The notes: generated from the letters alone by a model not told the origin. Positions 31,864 to 42,581 are shown, counted from the stretch's first letter. The stretch is DNA of 64,000 nucleotides from an uncultured Acidimicrobiia bacterium (GCA_963786955.1 CAWBAT010000005.1:1695375-1759374), one strand, 5' to 3'. Numbers and translations: made by a program.

Positions 31864-33783
31864 CTACTGCCCTTTTGTGATAGTTTCCTTCAAATTCAGA
31901 TTTTTGATGAGGCGATGCAGGTAATTGACGTGCATTCCAAGGCGCCTTGCCGCCTCAACGTAGTTCCCGGTTGCCTGGTCAAGCGCCCGCAGAATCAGTT
32001 GTCTTTTCGCATCAATAATTGCCTCATAATATGTTGACACAGAAATTCCTGTGCGCGGCCGCGTATCAAGCACTGCTTCGGGCAAATCTTCCGGCAAAAT
32101 GAGGTCGGACGAACCCAATACTACGGCGCGTTCAATGGCGTTTCCCAGCTCGCGGATATTGCCTGGCCAGTCGTAGGCCAGCAAACACGCCCGTGCTTCG
32201 TCAGAAACCCCTATGAGCCTCCTTTTGGACTTCGCACTATATATCATGGCGAAGTAGTTCGCCAGGAGCGGGATATCTTCGCGACGTTCCCTCAATGGCG
32301 GCATTGCCAGAGAGACCACGTTGAGCCGGTAATAAAGGTCCTTGCGAAAATCTCCTGTCTGGATGGCTTCCCCCAAATCCTTATTGGTCGCCGCAATTAA
32401 CCGGATGTTCACCTTGATAGGGCACGTACCCCCCACCCTTTCGAACTCGTGTTCTTGCAAGACGCGCAGTAATTTGGCCTGAATTGTCGGAGCGAGTTCC
32501 CCCATCTCGTCCAGAAAAACCGTGCCGCCGTCGGCCACTTCCAATTTGCCCTTCTTTTGGGCGACGGCGCCCGTGAAAGCTCCCTTCTCGTGTCCGAACA
32601 GTTCGCTTTCTAAGATATTCTCGATTAATGTGGCACTGTTGATGGCCACAAACGGTTTGTTGGCGCGTGGGCTATTCCGGTGGATCGCCCGGGCCACCAA
32701 CTCTTTGCCGGTGCCACTCTCTCCGGTGATCAAGACGGTAGAGTCGGTGGGAGCAACCTTCGCGATGAATTGATGAACCTCACGCAGCTGGGGACTTCCG
32801 CCGACCATGTCGTGCTGGATGTCGATGTCTGCCTGGAGGCGCCGGTTTTCACTTTCTAGCCACTCCACATGCAAGACATTATTGAATGATAGGGCGGCGC
32901 TGGCAGCGATGGCAGTCATCAGCTGGAGATGATCCTCTTCAAATTGGGCCTGCGGATCTTTCGTATCCAGATAAATAGCGCCCAGCACTTTCTTGAAGAC
33001 GACCAGTGGGACACAAAGTACCGATTCGATACGGCCGGCAATAAGACTCTTGTCTGCCCCGAACGCCCCATCCTGCATACGACCATTCGCCAGGAGTGCA
33101 ACCCCTTCTCTAAGGACCCGCTGGACTATTGTACGACTGACCTGGACTGGACGTTCGGGTCCTGCAAGCCTGTCCCAACTGTAGACAGAAGCGAATTGAT
33201 CCGAGTTCTCTGCGACCAACAGAAAGGCGCCGCGTTCGGCAGGAACGACTTCCAAGGTCAATTCCAGCAACTTCCGTCCGAGTGCCTCCACCGACTGAAT
33301 GGAATTGATTACCGTGCTGATTTTAAATAGCACGTTCAAGTGATGCGCCAGCCGCGCTGCCGGCGGAAGAGCTGCCTCCAGCTTTTCCGGCTGCAGATAG
33401 AGGGCATCCGCCATCCTGAGCGAAATAGTGGAGCCAGCATCTAACTCGGCGTCTTCAATTTGTACTGGATTTTTGACCGCTACGAGGTCTTCATCGTGGA
33501 GAAGGAAAAGAAAATGAGAGCCCCCTAATTTGATCGTATCACCATGCTCGAGAGCGCATTCTTTTACCGGAACGCCGTTGACAAATGTGGAGTTGCGACT
33601 ATCGAGATCGAGGATCCGTAACTGCTCATCTTCTCTTTTGATCAGACAATGCCGCCGCGATACCGAGGGATGATCTACTGAAAGCTGATTGGATCTTACG
33701 CGCCCGATTGAGAATTCGGCTCCTGTCAGTGGAACCACCCTTCCATTCAACGGCCCGGCAATGGCTACAAGTCTTGGGTTCAT
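31864..33783 (-). CDS. FHA-GAF-AAA+ sigma54-dependent transcriptional activator
   Basis: [20 protein letters not shown]; GAF; [35 protein letters not shown]; Fis-type HTH. Confidence 0.95.
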   Translation of the reverse strand: MNPRLVAIAGPLNGRVVPLTGAEFSIGRVRSNQLSVDHPSVSRRHCLIKREDEQLRILDLDSRNSTFVNGVPVKECALEHGDTIKLGGSHFLFLLHDEDLVAVKNPVQIEDAELDAGSTISLRMADALYLQPEKLEAALPPAARLAHHLNVLFKISTVINSIQSVEALGRKLLELTLEVVPAERGAFLLVAENSDQFASVYSWDRLAGPERPVQVSRTIVQRVLREGVALLANGRMQDGAFGADKSLIAGRIESVLCVPLVVFKKVLGAIYLDTKDPQAQFEEDHLQLMTAIAASAALSFNNVLHVEWLESENRRLQADIDIQHDMVGGSPQLREVHQFIAKVAPTDSTVLITGESGTGKELVARAIHRNSPRANKPFVAINSATLIENILESELFGHEKGAFTGAVAQKKGKLEVADGGTVFLDEMGELAPTIQAKLLRVLQEHEFERVGGTCPIKVNIRLIAATNKDLGEAIQTGDFRKDLYYRLNVVSLAMPPLRERREDIPLLANYFAMIYSAKSKRRLIGVSDEARACLLAYDWPGNIRELGNAIERAVVLGSSDLILPEDLPEAVLDTRPRTGISVSTYYEAIIDAKRQLILRALDQATGNYVEAARRLGMHVNYLHRLIKNLNLKETITKGQ

Positions 33784-33934
33784 TTTAATATTTTCTGAGC
33801 AAGGTCGCTAACGAGTCCTCATTCTATGATAAGCCTTCGACCTCCGGCAAAGGGTAATTCCATAACGGAATAGTTACACTTCTTTAAAATCGTCACCCCT
33901 TAAACAAGTGGGGACATGAAGATTGGACATTATT

Positions 33935-34100
33935 GCCCCGGCAGGGGCGACGGACGGTAGCCTGGGGCAGAGTGAGGGACGGCGGTCCCGCGCGATGCCC
34001 CAGGCGGGAATGCCCCAAAACCGATTTGCGCCCTGGAAGTGGCGCGGGAATACCCGCCCGACAACGATCCGGTGACCCCGCCGGGGCGCCGATGATCCCG
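33935..34100. repeat. GC-rich palindromic intergenic element
   Basis: GCCCCGGCAGGGGC, CCTGGGGC..GCCCCAGG, GCGCCCTGGAAGTGGCGC and CCCCGCCGGGG hairpins. Confidence 0.45.
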
Positions 34101-34125
34101 CCGAGCTACACGAACGCATAGTGCA

Positions 34126-34143
34126 ACTATACGATTATATAGT
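34126..34143 (+). promoter_or_regulatory. Candidate upstream activator site
   Basis: Inverted repeat ACTATA-N6-TATAGT about 135-150 bp upstream of the -24 element. Confidence 0.4.
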
Positions 34144-34276
34144 GAACCAGATGTCCCGCGGTTACAGATCCTTCCTTAAATCCCGTCGCAAAAACTTTTT
34201 TTCAGCGCAAGATTCCTTCAATCTGACAAGGGCCTACGAACGATCGAGAGCGGTTGAGCGAGCCTACCGGGCATTG

Positions 34277-34292
34277 TGGCGCACAGGTTGCT
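34277..34292 (+). promoter_or_regulatory. Sigma54 (-24/-12) promoter
   Basis: TGGCGCACAGGTTGCT has GG-N10-GC spacing and lies divergent from a sigma54 activator gene. Confidence 0.8.
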
Positions 34293-34357
34293 CTTAGGAG
34301 GGCATCCCAAGAGTTAATGGAAAAGATAAAAAGAGAAAAGGAAAAGGAGACAAGACA

Positions 34358-34900
34358 ATGAAGACCGGTGAAAGCAAGTGCAACAGGAAATGTCTGTTTG
34401 TCCTGGCAGCGTTAATCGTCACTAGCTTCCTCGGCGTGCCGGCCGCACATGCCCAAATTCAACACCAATGCTACCAGGGCTACACCCTTGCGAGCCTTCA
34501 GGGCCACTATGCGGTCATCAGCAACTATGGCGCTAACGTAGCGATAGCATTCGGGGAAAGGTATATGGATGGGCAGGGCAATTTCAATGGAACCTTCGTC
34601 GTAAACCAGCCCACGGCTGGATCTACAACTGGAGAAAGAACCATCCTAAAAGGTACGAATGCGGGAACTTACACTGTGAATTGCGATGGCAGCGGCGTTG
34701 TCACGCGCAAAACCGTGACAACGACTGGCATCGTCGCGTACCAAAACGATGACTTTATCATCACCGGGGCAACTGCGAGATACGGTCAGGCTCCTCTTGC
34801 AACCGCAGTTGCAGACGCCCAGCGAACCCCCAGCGCGATCGTTCCGGGTGGCATCTTTCTGACCCGTACTTACACCTTGTTGCCAGACCAGGATCAATAG
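34358..34900 (+). CDS. Secreted hypothetical protein, tandem copy 1
   Basis: AAGGAG RBS; signal peptide ending AHA; beta-rich; two conserved Cys. Confidence 0.85.
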   Translation: MKTGESKCNRKCLFVLAALIVTSFLGVPAAHAQIQHQCYQGYTLASLQGHYAVISNYGANVAIAFGERYMDGQGNFNGTFVVNQPTAGSTTGERTILKGTNAGTYTVNCDGSGVVTRKTVTTTGIVAYQNDDFIITGATARYGQAPLATAVADAQRTPSAIVPGGIFLTRTYTLLPDQDQ

Positions 34901-34966
34901 AGTTGATTCTGTATTGAACACATCGAGCAAATCGTAAAGAAATTTAAAGGAAAAGGAGACAAGACA

Positions 34967-35509
34967 ATGAAAACCCATCAAAGCATGTTCAACAAGAAGA
35001 ACTTGTTAGTCCTGGCAGCGTTAATCGTCACGAGCTTCCTCGGCGTGCCTGCCGCAAATGCCCAAATTCAACACCATTGCTACCAGGGCTACACACTTGC
35101 AAGCCTTCAGGGCCACTATGCGGTCATCGGCAACTATGGCGCTAACGTAGCGATAGCATTCGGGGAAAGGTATTTGGATGGACAGGGCAATTTCACTGCA
35201 ACCTACATCATTAACGAGCCCACGGCTGGATCAACAAATGGAGAAAGAACACTCGTAAAGGGTACGCAAGAGGGAACTTACACTGTGAATTGCGACGGCA
35301 CCGGCGTTATCAACCGCAAATTCATGACAACAACTGGCCTCGTCGCCTACCAACAGGATGACTTTATCATCACCGGGGCAACTGCGAGATTCGGTCAGGC
35401 TCCTCTTGCAACCACAATCATAGACGCCCAGCGAACCTCCAGTGTGATCGTTCCGGGTGGCATCTTTCTGACCCGTACTTGGACCTTGTTGCCAGACCAG
35501 GATCAATAG
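34967..35509 (+). CDS. Secreted hypothetical protein, tandem copy 2
   Basis: Same length (180 aa) and highly similar to copy 1, including RBS and 3' flank. Confidence 0.85.
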   Translation: MKTHQSMFNKKNLLVLAALIVTSFLGVPAANAQIQHHCYQGYTLASLQGHYAVIGNYGANVAIAFGERYLDGQGNFTATYIINEPTAGSTNGERTLVKGTQEGTYTVNCDGTGVINRKFMTTTGLVAYQQDDFIITGATARFGQAPLATTIIDAQRTSSVIVPGGIFLTRTWTLLPDQDQ

Positions 35510-35568
35510 GGTTGATTCTGTATTCAACGCATTGCGAAAATCGTAAAGATATTTAAAGGAGGCTTCAA

Positions 35569-37184
35569 ATGATCAGCACTCGCAAGTACGTTTTCTTAAT
35601 TGTCCTGACCGCACTGGCGCTCCTGACGCCGACCGGAGCACTCGCGGACCAAGTTCTTTCATGCGCCGATCTAGTCACTGCAGGGTTGCATCCTCCGGCA
35701 GATGCTCTCAGCTTGACAATCGATTCGGCCGTAGTCGTAGCGGGTACGGCGACACTCCCGGAGCACTGCTTCGTGCAGGGGCACCTGGATACCGAGATCA
35801 ACTTCGAGATGAGGCTCCCGACGGCGTGGAACCGCAAAGTCCTGATGCTCGGCAACAGCGCGTATGCCGGGTCCATCCCTTCCTGGGATGACGGAGTCGC
35901 AAGGCAGTACGCTGTCGTTGGCACGGACACGGGGCACAGCGGCTGGGGTGCAGAGGCGCTTCTGAACCGGCCCGACCGGATCGCGAATTTTCAGTACCGG
36001 GCTGTTCACCTGGTGGCCCTCACAGCGAAACGGATCGCCGGGACCTACTATCACTCCGCTCCCCGGCATACGTACTTCACCGGTTGCTCCAGGGGAGGTC
36101 TGCAGGCGATGCTGGAGGTTCAGAAGTACCCGGACGATTTCGACGGGGTCATTGCGGGGGCTCCCCACTTACCGAACGGCGGGTTTCAGCTCTGGGACAT
36201 GAAGGCGTTATTCCCGGGAGGCCCTGACACCGGCGTTTTGCCATGGCAGAAGGTGGCCTTGCTGAGCCAGATTGTACTGACAAAGTGCGACGGGCTCGAC
36301 GGCGTGATCGACGGGATCGTCGACGATCCACGGGCGTGCAACCTCTCTCCCCGGGATGACCTTCCCGGATGCGCCAATAACGTGGACGGGCCGGATTGCT
36401 TCACGCGTGCCCAGGTTACGGCGCTGGATAGGATTCATCAGGGGTCCGAGAGCCACGGAAAGCAACTGGGCCCGCAGTTCTTCTTCTCGGGCGTCGAGGG
36501 ATACTCCCTCTTTGATCTGCGCCCTTATGACATCGACGTGGACATCCTCGACTTCTCGAATAACGAGAGCGGCTTTCCAGGCGCCCCTTTCTCGTGGCTC
36601 TATCCGGACTTGTTTGGACCTGGGATGCCGAGCTTTCTCTACTGGACCCAGATTAATTTCCTCAGATACATCGCCTTTGGGGATCCGAACTATCTCCTCC
36701 AGAACTTCGATTTCAACAGGTCGTCCGACGTCAAAACCTACTTCTCAGCGCTCGCGCCTCAGCTTCCGTCCAGCCCAGACCTCTCGGCCTTCGCCCGAAA
36801 GGGCGGGAAGCTGATCGAGTGGCACGGGTGGGGCGATTCGGTGGCCAGTCCAATGGGAACCGTCGAGTTTTATGAGGCCGGAGCGAAGGTCATGGGAGGC
36901 TTGGACCGGACCAGATCTTTCGACAGGCTCTTCATGGTCCCCGGCCAGGCACACTGCGGGGACGGCCCGGGCCCTTGCTCCTTGATACGCTTCCGGTGCT
37001 CGAGCAGTGGGTGGAGGCCGGGAAGGCTCCAAACTTCTTGATCGGCACCAATCCTAACTCGGGCCTGAGCCGGCCGATCTGCGCCTACCCCAAGGTTGCA
37101 AGACTGAAGAATCCTTCGCTCGACCCCAACGTGGCCTCAAGCTTCGTTTGCGTGGACTTGGAGGATCATCGGCAGGAGGAGTAG
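35569..37184 (+). CDS. Tannase/feruloyl esterase family hydrolase (frameshift near 36980)
   Basis: TDTGH, GCSRGG, YPDDFDGVIAGAP, WHGWGD, FMVPGQAHCGDG, LEQWVE.G.AP, RPICAYP. Confidence 0.92.
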
Positions 37185-37339
37185 ACGTCACGATAGCCAC
37201 AAAGGCAACCCCAGAACCGTCACGCGAGCAGTCAAGCGATTGCTCGACTGCTCGCGAAGATCCGCAACAGTTTTTGAATACATTCCTCCGGTCGTGAAGG
37301 ATTGTTCCCATCCAATTGCTTTATGATCCAGATTCGAGC

Positions 37340-37445
37340 AGCAATCTTCTCGAGTCGGTGCTCATGATGAAGGCCGCCTAGAATCGGTTTCGCCATCACT
37401 GGGTCTCCTTCAAGAAGCTGATGCTGACATTTCTGCAGTGGCATC
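37340..37445 (-). mobile_element. Integrase-core transposase C-terminal remnant
   Basis: KPILGGLHHEHRLEKIAA, a typical rve-family transposase tail. Confidence 0.6.
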
Positions 37446-37668
37446 GGGAGACCTTGTCTGGGCTCTGGGAACCCCGATCCTAATCCGGGTTAAGATCGAA
37501 TGCGGCCGGCCTTCAGATTCTCCAACAAATAGTTCAGGGCCGTAGCCCTTCAATAAAGGTCTCCGATCGAACCGTGGCTAAAGCTTCCTTCCAACCAAAC
37601 ATTCTCCAGTGCTACAGTAGAATCGCGAAACTTCCTCAATTTTTCATGATCCACAGTGAGCCCCGGGT

Positions 37669-38958
37669 TCAACCGCCCCCGAATCCTTCTGTTCGGACCA
37701 CACGCCGGGATAAAACGATCATTAGCCAGATGACTCCCACAATCGCCGCGCTGAGGACTACGGCGAACCGGAGGCCCAGCGTGCTGATTACCATTCCGGC
37801 CGGAAAATCACCGAGCGGTCGAACGCACATGATCAGCAGTGTATTCAATCCCATGGCGCGGCCACGCATTTCCGGCGGAACCCGGGTTTGAAGTAACGTG
37901 ATGGTAGTGGATCCCGCGGCGTTTTGCGCAGCTCCCAGAACAAAGAGCGCGGAAACGGAGACGAGGAGGCTGCCACTCAGGCCGAATACAAGAAGTGCCA
38001 TCATCCACAGAAGGATTGATCCAAAAACCAGCCGTGTCTTGTTAGGCAAATCCCCCAGCGTGGCAATGATCAAAGCGCTGCAGACCGTCCCGGTTCCGAT
38101 TGCCGAGAACAATAGGCCGAGTTGCCCTGGGCCGACGTGGAGAATCTGCCGTGCAAACCACGGAACCATCAACGCAGCCGAGGGACCGAAAAACAACAGC
38201 GCTCCGTAGATCGAAACTACCGAGGGCAGCACTGCGTCCTGCCGTACGTAGCGCAGTGCCTCCCGCACGGAGTCCCAAACTCTGCCAACAGGTCTTGCCG
38301 TCTCCTGCGATAAGGAAGTGTTTAGGAGCAGCAAGGCTGCCAGCACCGCGCCATAACTCGCGGCGTTCAAAAAGAAGTTTCCCGAGTAGCCGATTCTACT
38401 TAGCGCCAGGCCGGCGAGGACGGGCCCGAGGATTGAGGCGCCATTAAATACTGCAGATTGGAGCGCGACGGCATTCATCAGGAGTTCTTTGGGTACGAAT
38501 GAGGCGATCAGCGCATTTCGGGCGGGCTGGTCAAAGCTCAGCGCGGCGCTGCTCACAAAAACAAACAGCGGAATCATCCAGAACCGGACCATTCCAGCCA
38601 TCGTCAGCATGCCCAGGAGAACCGCGAGTCCCATCATGATGCTCTGGGTCAACAGGAGCAGCCTCCGCTTATCGAAACGGTCTGCTGCACTCCCGCCTAT
38701 CGGCGAGAAGAAAAGGAAAGAAAGTGCCTGTGCCAGGGACACGGCTCCCAGCGCTGCAGCGGAGCCATGAGTCAGGTCGAGCACGAGCAGGCCGAGGGCA
38801 ACGATTTGCATCCATGTGCCAACGGCGGAAACCGCCGAGCCAGTCCAAAGTATTCGGAAATCACGATACCCTAGCGCCCGAAACTGGGGGAATCGGCCAC
38901 CGCTCGCTTCGGCTGTCGTGGGCTGCGGAATTTTTCCCCGCTTGATCCTTGCAAGCAT
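37669..38958 (-). CDS. MFS transporter (DUF894/EntS-like)
   Basis: ADRFDKRRLL motif, about 12 hydrophobic segments, LLQTRVPPEMRGR. Confidence 0.92.
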   Translation of the reverse strand: MLARIKRGKIPQPTTAEASGGRFPQFRALGYRDFRILWTGSAVSAVGTWMQIVALGLLVLDLTHGSAAALGAVSLAQALSFLFFSPIGGSAADRFDKRRLLLLTQSIMMGLAVLLGMLTMAGMVRFWMIPLFVFVSSAALSFDQPARNALIASFVPKELLMNAVALQSAVFNGASILGPVLAGLALSRIGYSGNFFLNAASYGAVLAALLLLNTSLSQETARPVGRVWDSVREALRYVRQDAVLPSVVSIYGALLFFGPSAALMVPWFARQILHVGPGQLGLLFSAIGTGTVCSALIIATLGDLPNKTRLVFGSILLWMMALLVFGLSGSLLVSVSALFVLGAAQNAAGSTTITLLQTRVPPEMRGRAMGLNTLLIMCVRPLGDFPAGMVISTLGLRFAVVLSAAIVGVIWLMIVLSRRVVRTEGFGGG

Positions 38959-39018
38959 CTGCCCACCTCTGTTAATATATTTGATTGTAGCAACCGACTA
39001 CCCGAGTAAGGAGCAATT

Positions 39019-39096
39019 ATGCAATGGGAAACACCCCAAGTGGAAGAGATCTGTCTGAGCTGCGAAATTAACAGCTACAGCAACGCTGACTTCTAG
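39019..39096 (+). CDS. pqqA: PQQ precursor peptide PqqA (not in ORF track)
   Basis: AAGGAG RBS, then MQWETPQVEEICLSCEINSYSNADF*; W-x-x-P and E-x-x-x-Y motifs; directly upstream of pqqB. Confidence 0.93.
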   Translation: MQWETPQVEEICLSCEINSYSNADF

Positions 39097-39102
39097 TTCT
39101 CG

Positions 39103-39153
39103 ACCGCGCGGCGGTAAATCAGTGGGATTTTTGAAGAAGCGCCGGCGCGCGGT
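39103..39153 (+). promoter_or_regulatory. Stem-loop between pqqA and pqqB
   Basis: ACCGCGCG (39103-39110) pairs with CGCGCGGT (39146-39153). Confidence 0.5.
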
Positions 39154-39173
39154 TCCTCCTCTTTACCATCTCC

Positions 39174-40085
39174 ATGCGAGTGAAAGTTCTAGGCAGTGCC
39201 GCGGGTGGCGGATTCCCGCAATGGAACTGCAATTGCGTGAATTGTGGCCGATTGAGGGAAGGGAAGTTCAGAGGTGCTGCCCGCACGCAGGTTCAGCTTG
39301 CCTGGAGTTCGACGCCAAGCCAATGGACCCTGCTCAACGCCTCACCGGATCTTCGGTTCCAAATTGAAGCGACGCCGGAACTCTGGCCACGGGAAGGGAT
39401 GCGGCACTCGCCAATTACTGATGTGATTGTGCCGAGCGCTGAACTCGATCAGACTCTTGGCCTCCTGTTGCTCCGCGAGTTCCATTCGTTTCGTGTCCAC
39501 ACCACGTCATCTATCCGCAGGATTTTCACCGAAGACAACAGTTTCTTTGCGGTGCTCAATCGCTTCCCCGGTCAAGTCTGCTGGAGCGATATGCCTCTGG
39601 AGCAACCCTTTTCCGCCGGGGGTGCGTGCTTGGAAGTGTTGCCTCTGTCAGGCTCCTTTCCTGGTTTCGTAAATTCCTCCCGGCTGGCGGCGTTGAATCC
39701 GGCGGAGGCCGTGATCGGTCTTTTAGTCTCGCCCGAATCAGGAGGGGGAACTCTGGCGTTTCTCCCGGGGATTGCCTGCATCTCTGATGCATTGCTCGAA
39801 CGCCTCCAGGCCTGTGATGTGGTGTTTTTTGATGGAACGTTTTGGAGCGACGAGGAACCCTTGCGCATTTCAGGTGTTACCCGCACGGCCCGGCAGATGG
39901 GACACTTGCCTGTCTCCGGCTCGGGAGGGAGCCTGGAGCGCCTGGCGGCGCTCGGGCGAGGGCGCAAGATATACATTCACATCAACAACACCAATCCGAT
40001 TTTGGATGAAGAGAGCATGGAACACCGTACCGTTCGCGAAGCGGGCTGGGAGGTCGCCTGGGATGGCATGGAGATGACACTGTGA
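39174..40085 (+). CDS. pqqB: PqqB
   Basis: LGSAAGGGFPQWNCNC..C, RTQ, NASPD, FDGTFW, MGH, IHINNTNPIL. Confidence 0.97.
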   Translation: MRVKVLGSAAGGGFPQWNCNCVNCGRLREGKFRGAARTQVQLAWSSTPSQWTLLNASPDLRFQIEATPELWPREGMRHSPITDVIVPSAELDQTLGLLLLREFHSFRVHTTSSIRRIFTEDNSFFAVLNRFPGQVCWSDMPLEQPFSAGGACLEVLPLSGSFPGFVNSSRLAALNPAEAVIGLLVSPESGGGTLAFLPGIACISDALLERLQACDVVFFDGTFWSDEEPLRISGVTRTARQMGHLPVSGSGGSLERLAALGRGRKIYIHINNTNPILDEESMEHRTVREAGWEVAWDGMEMTL

Positions 40086-40837
40086 CCCTGGCTCGAGATC
40101 AAGAACGCATGACATCTTCTGAATTTGAAGCGCAACTGCGGGCCATCGGTGCGGAACGGTATCACCACCGCCACCCCTTTCACCTGCTGATGCACGAAGG
40201 AAAGCTGACCCGCGCTCAGCTTCAGGCTTGGGCGTTCAATCGTTACTACTACCAAAGCATCATTCCGATTAAAGACGCGATCATCCTCTCCCGCAGCGAA
40301 GATCCGGCTTTCCGTCGGGCCTGGCGCAAGCGCATCATCGACCACGATGGCGACGGCACCCATCCCGGCGGCCTTGAAAAATGGATTCGTCTGGCGCAGG
40401 CGACTGGCCTGGATCGAGAATACGTGATATCGCAGCGGGGTGGGCTTCCAGGCGTGCGCTATGCGGTCAATGCGTACTTGGATCTGGTTTCGAAACGCAG
40501 TTTCCTGGAGGCGGTAGCGTCCTCGCTGACCGAGCTGTTTTCACGCGATCTCATTGCGTTGCGCATGGACCGGATTCGGGAACATTATCCATGGTTGAGC
40601 AGTGGCTTGGCTTATTTTGACGCTCGCCTGACCCAGGCGCCTGAAGACGTGGCGTTTGCGCTCGCTTGGGTGACCGAACAGGCCCGCACACGGGCGGAAC
40701 AGGAATTGGCGGTGGGTGCGTTGCGCGCTAAGTGCGACATCTTGTGGGCCCAGCTCGACGCCATTTATTTCGCGTACGTCGCGCCCGGCTGGCCGCCCCC
40801 TGGAGCGTTTCGCCCGGACGGAGGTGAGCCTGTATGA
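40082..40837 (+). CDS. pqqC: PqqC, PQQ synthase
   Basis: YHHRHPFH, NRYYYQ..IPIKDA, RIIDHDG, SLTELF, YF..RL.QAP.D, KCDILW.QLDA. Confidence 0.97.
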   Translation: MTLARDQERMTSSEFEAQLRAIGAERYHHRHPFHLLMHEGKLTRAQLQAWAFNRYYYQSIIPIKDAIILSRSEDPAFRRAWRKRIIDHDGDGTHPGGLEKWIRLAQATGLDREYVISQRGGLPGVRYAVNAYLDLVSKRSFLEAVASSLTELFSRDLIALRMDRIREHYPWLSSGLAYFDARLTQAPEDVAFALAWVTEQARTRAEQELAVGALRAKCDILWAQLDAIYFAYVAPGWPPPGAFRPDGGEPV

Positions 40838-41115
40838 GTGACTCGGCACCGGACATCGTTCTGCGGCTAGCGCCAGGGTGCCGCTTGAACGCTGCTGGAG
40901 GAACCGAAGATCTGCTACTGATTCCCGAGGGCGCGCTGCGGTTGAAAGGGCCGGCCCGCGTAATCGTCGAGCTGTGTGACGGGCAGCGCGCGACGCGTGA
41001 AATCGTGGAAGAATTGAAACGGCGCTATCCCTCGACGGATGCAGTTCGAATTGAAACTGAGGTCGCGGAGCTTCTCGCGCGTCTGCGGGAACGAGGAGTT
41101 CTTGAAGCCATATGA
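40834..41115 (+). CDS. pqqD: PqqD peptide chaperone
   Basis: LLIPEG..L..IVELCDG; position between pqqC and pqqE. Confidence 0.92.
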   Translation: MSDSAPDIVLRLAPGCRLNAAGGTEDLLLIPEGALRLKGPARVIVELCDGQRATREIVEELKRRYPSTDAVRIETEVAELLARLRERGVLEAI

Positions 41116-42200
41116 AGTATACGCCGCGAGCCTTAATCGCCGAGATCACCCATCGCTGCCCGCTGCATTGCGTTTACTGTTCGAATCCACTGGAGTTACA
41201 ACACCGCTCCGAAGAACTCTCCACCGAAGATTGGTCCTCAATTTTCCAGCAGGCCAGTGAGTTGGGGGTTATCCAATTGCATCTCACCGGGGGGGAACCT
41301 CTGTCGCGTTCCGATCTCACCGAGCTGGTACGCGCCGGCCGGAAGGCTCACCTTTACTCAAATCTGATCACCTCGGGCGTCGGACTCGATAGATCCCGTC
41401 TCGATCAGCTCATCGAAGCCGGTCTCGACCACATTCAATTGAGTTTCCAGGACGCCGAAGAAGCGCCTGCGGACGAATTCGCCGGCACGCGCAGCCACGC
41501 TCTGAAGCTCCGCGTGGCTAAGATGATCCGCGAACACCGGATCGCGTTTACAATCAACTTGGTGGTGCATCGTCGCAACCTCGCCCGACTCGAGGAAATG
41601 CTAACGTTTGCGGAACACAGCGGCGCGCAACGGCTCGAGATCGCCCACGTGCAATATTATGGCTGGGCCCTCCGCAATCGAGACTCACTGCTGCCCACGC
41701 GCGAGCAACTCGATCGTTCTGTGGAGATTGTGGAGGCCACGCGTGAACGCCTGAAGGGCCGCCTGCGGATCGATTTCGTTCTGCCTGACTATTACGCTAA
41801 ATTTCCGAAGCCCTGCATGAACGGCTGGGGACACCAGCAGATGCTCATTGACCCGGCCGGCCGAGTCTTACCTTGCCATGCCGCCCCGGTGATCCCCGGG
41901 CTTGAGTTCTTCACGGCCCGTGACCGCCCATTGCGATGGATCTGGGAGGATTCGGAGGCATTCAACCGCTTCCGCGATGAAAGCTGGATGCCAGAACCAT
42001 GCCGAAGTTGCGACCGGCGCACGCGCGACTTTGGCGGTTGCCGCTGCCAGGCATTTCTGTTAACCGGCGATGCCGCTGCGACCGATCCGATTTGCACCTT
42101 GGCGCCGACACATGCCGTCGTCGAAGAAACCCTCCAACGTATAAAGGCAGACGGTGGAGGCGCCGGGGCCCCAAGCTGGGTGTACCGGGTTGATTCGTAG
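41112..42200 (+). CDS. pqqE: PqqE radical SAM/SPASM peptide cyclase
   Basis: CPLHCVYCSNP, QYYGWA, PKPCMNGWG, PCH, CRSC..DFGGCRCQA. Confidence 0.97.
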   Translation: MKYTPRALIAEITHRCPLHCVYCSNPLELQHRSEELSTEDWSSIFQQASELGVIQLHLTGGEPLSRSDLTELVRAGRKAHLYSNLITSGVGLDRSRLDQLIEAGLDHIQLSFQDAEEAPADEFAGTRSHALKLRVAKMIREHRIAFTINLVVHRRNLARLEEMLTFAEHSGAQRLEIAHVQYYGWALRNRDSLLPTREQLDRSVEIVEATRERLKGRLRIDFVLPDYYAKFPKPCMNGWGHQQMLIDPAGRVLPCHAAPVIPGLEFFTARDRPLRWIWEDSEAFNRFRDESWMPEPCRSCDRRTRDFGGCRCQAFLLTGDAAATDPICTLAPTHAVVEETLQRIKADGGGAGAPSWVYRVDS

Positions 42201-42220
42201 GGCTGTCTACCCGAAAAACC

Positions 42221-42581
42221 TGTCCCTGGCGAATTGCTAATCGGTGACGTAACCCCAGGGGATTCCAGGTTTTGTTAGTATGAGGAGATGCGCGATCTAG
42301 TTATCCTTTTCATTCATGTCATGGCGACGCTCGCCCGCCGCCGTGGTTCTGGAGGAATCCGTTCTGTCGTCGCGGAGTCGGTTCTTGTCAAGCAGCAACT
42401 CCTGATCCTCAATCGCTCCAGGGCTCGGTCACCGAATCTAAGGACCTCAGACCGCCTCGTCGTCTGTTTGTGTGCGCTCCTTATTCGCCCGCCTGCCTGC
42501 TCCGTTCAGAAAGTCAGATTCCCCTCACTTTCGCAGGGCGATGAGCACCAGAATCGGTCACTGTATCAATTCGCCAGACAC
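42221..42581 (+). mobile_element. Internally deleted IS (MITE-like) of an integrase-core transposase family
   Basis: Ends TGTCCCTGGCGAATTG and CAATTCGCCAGACA form imperfect inverted repeats; contains only the transposase N-terminus MRDLVILFIHV.. Confidence 0.75.
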
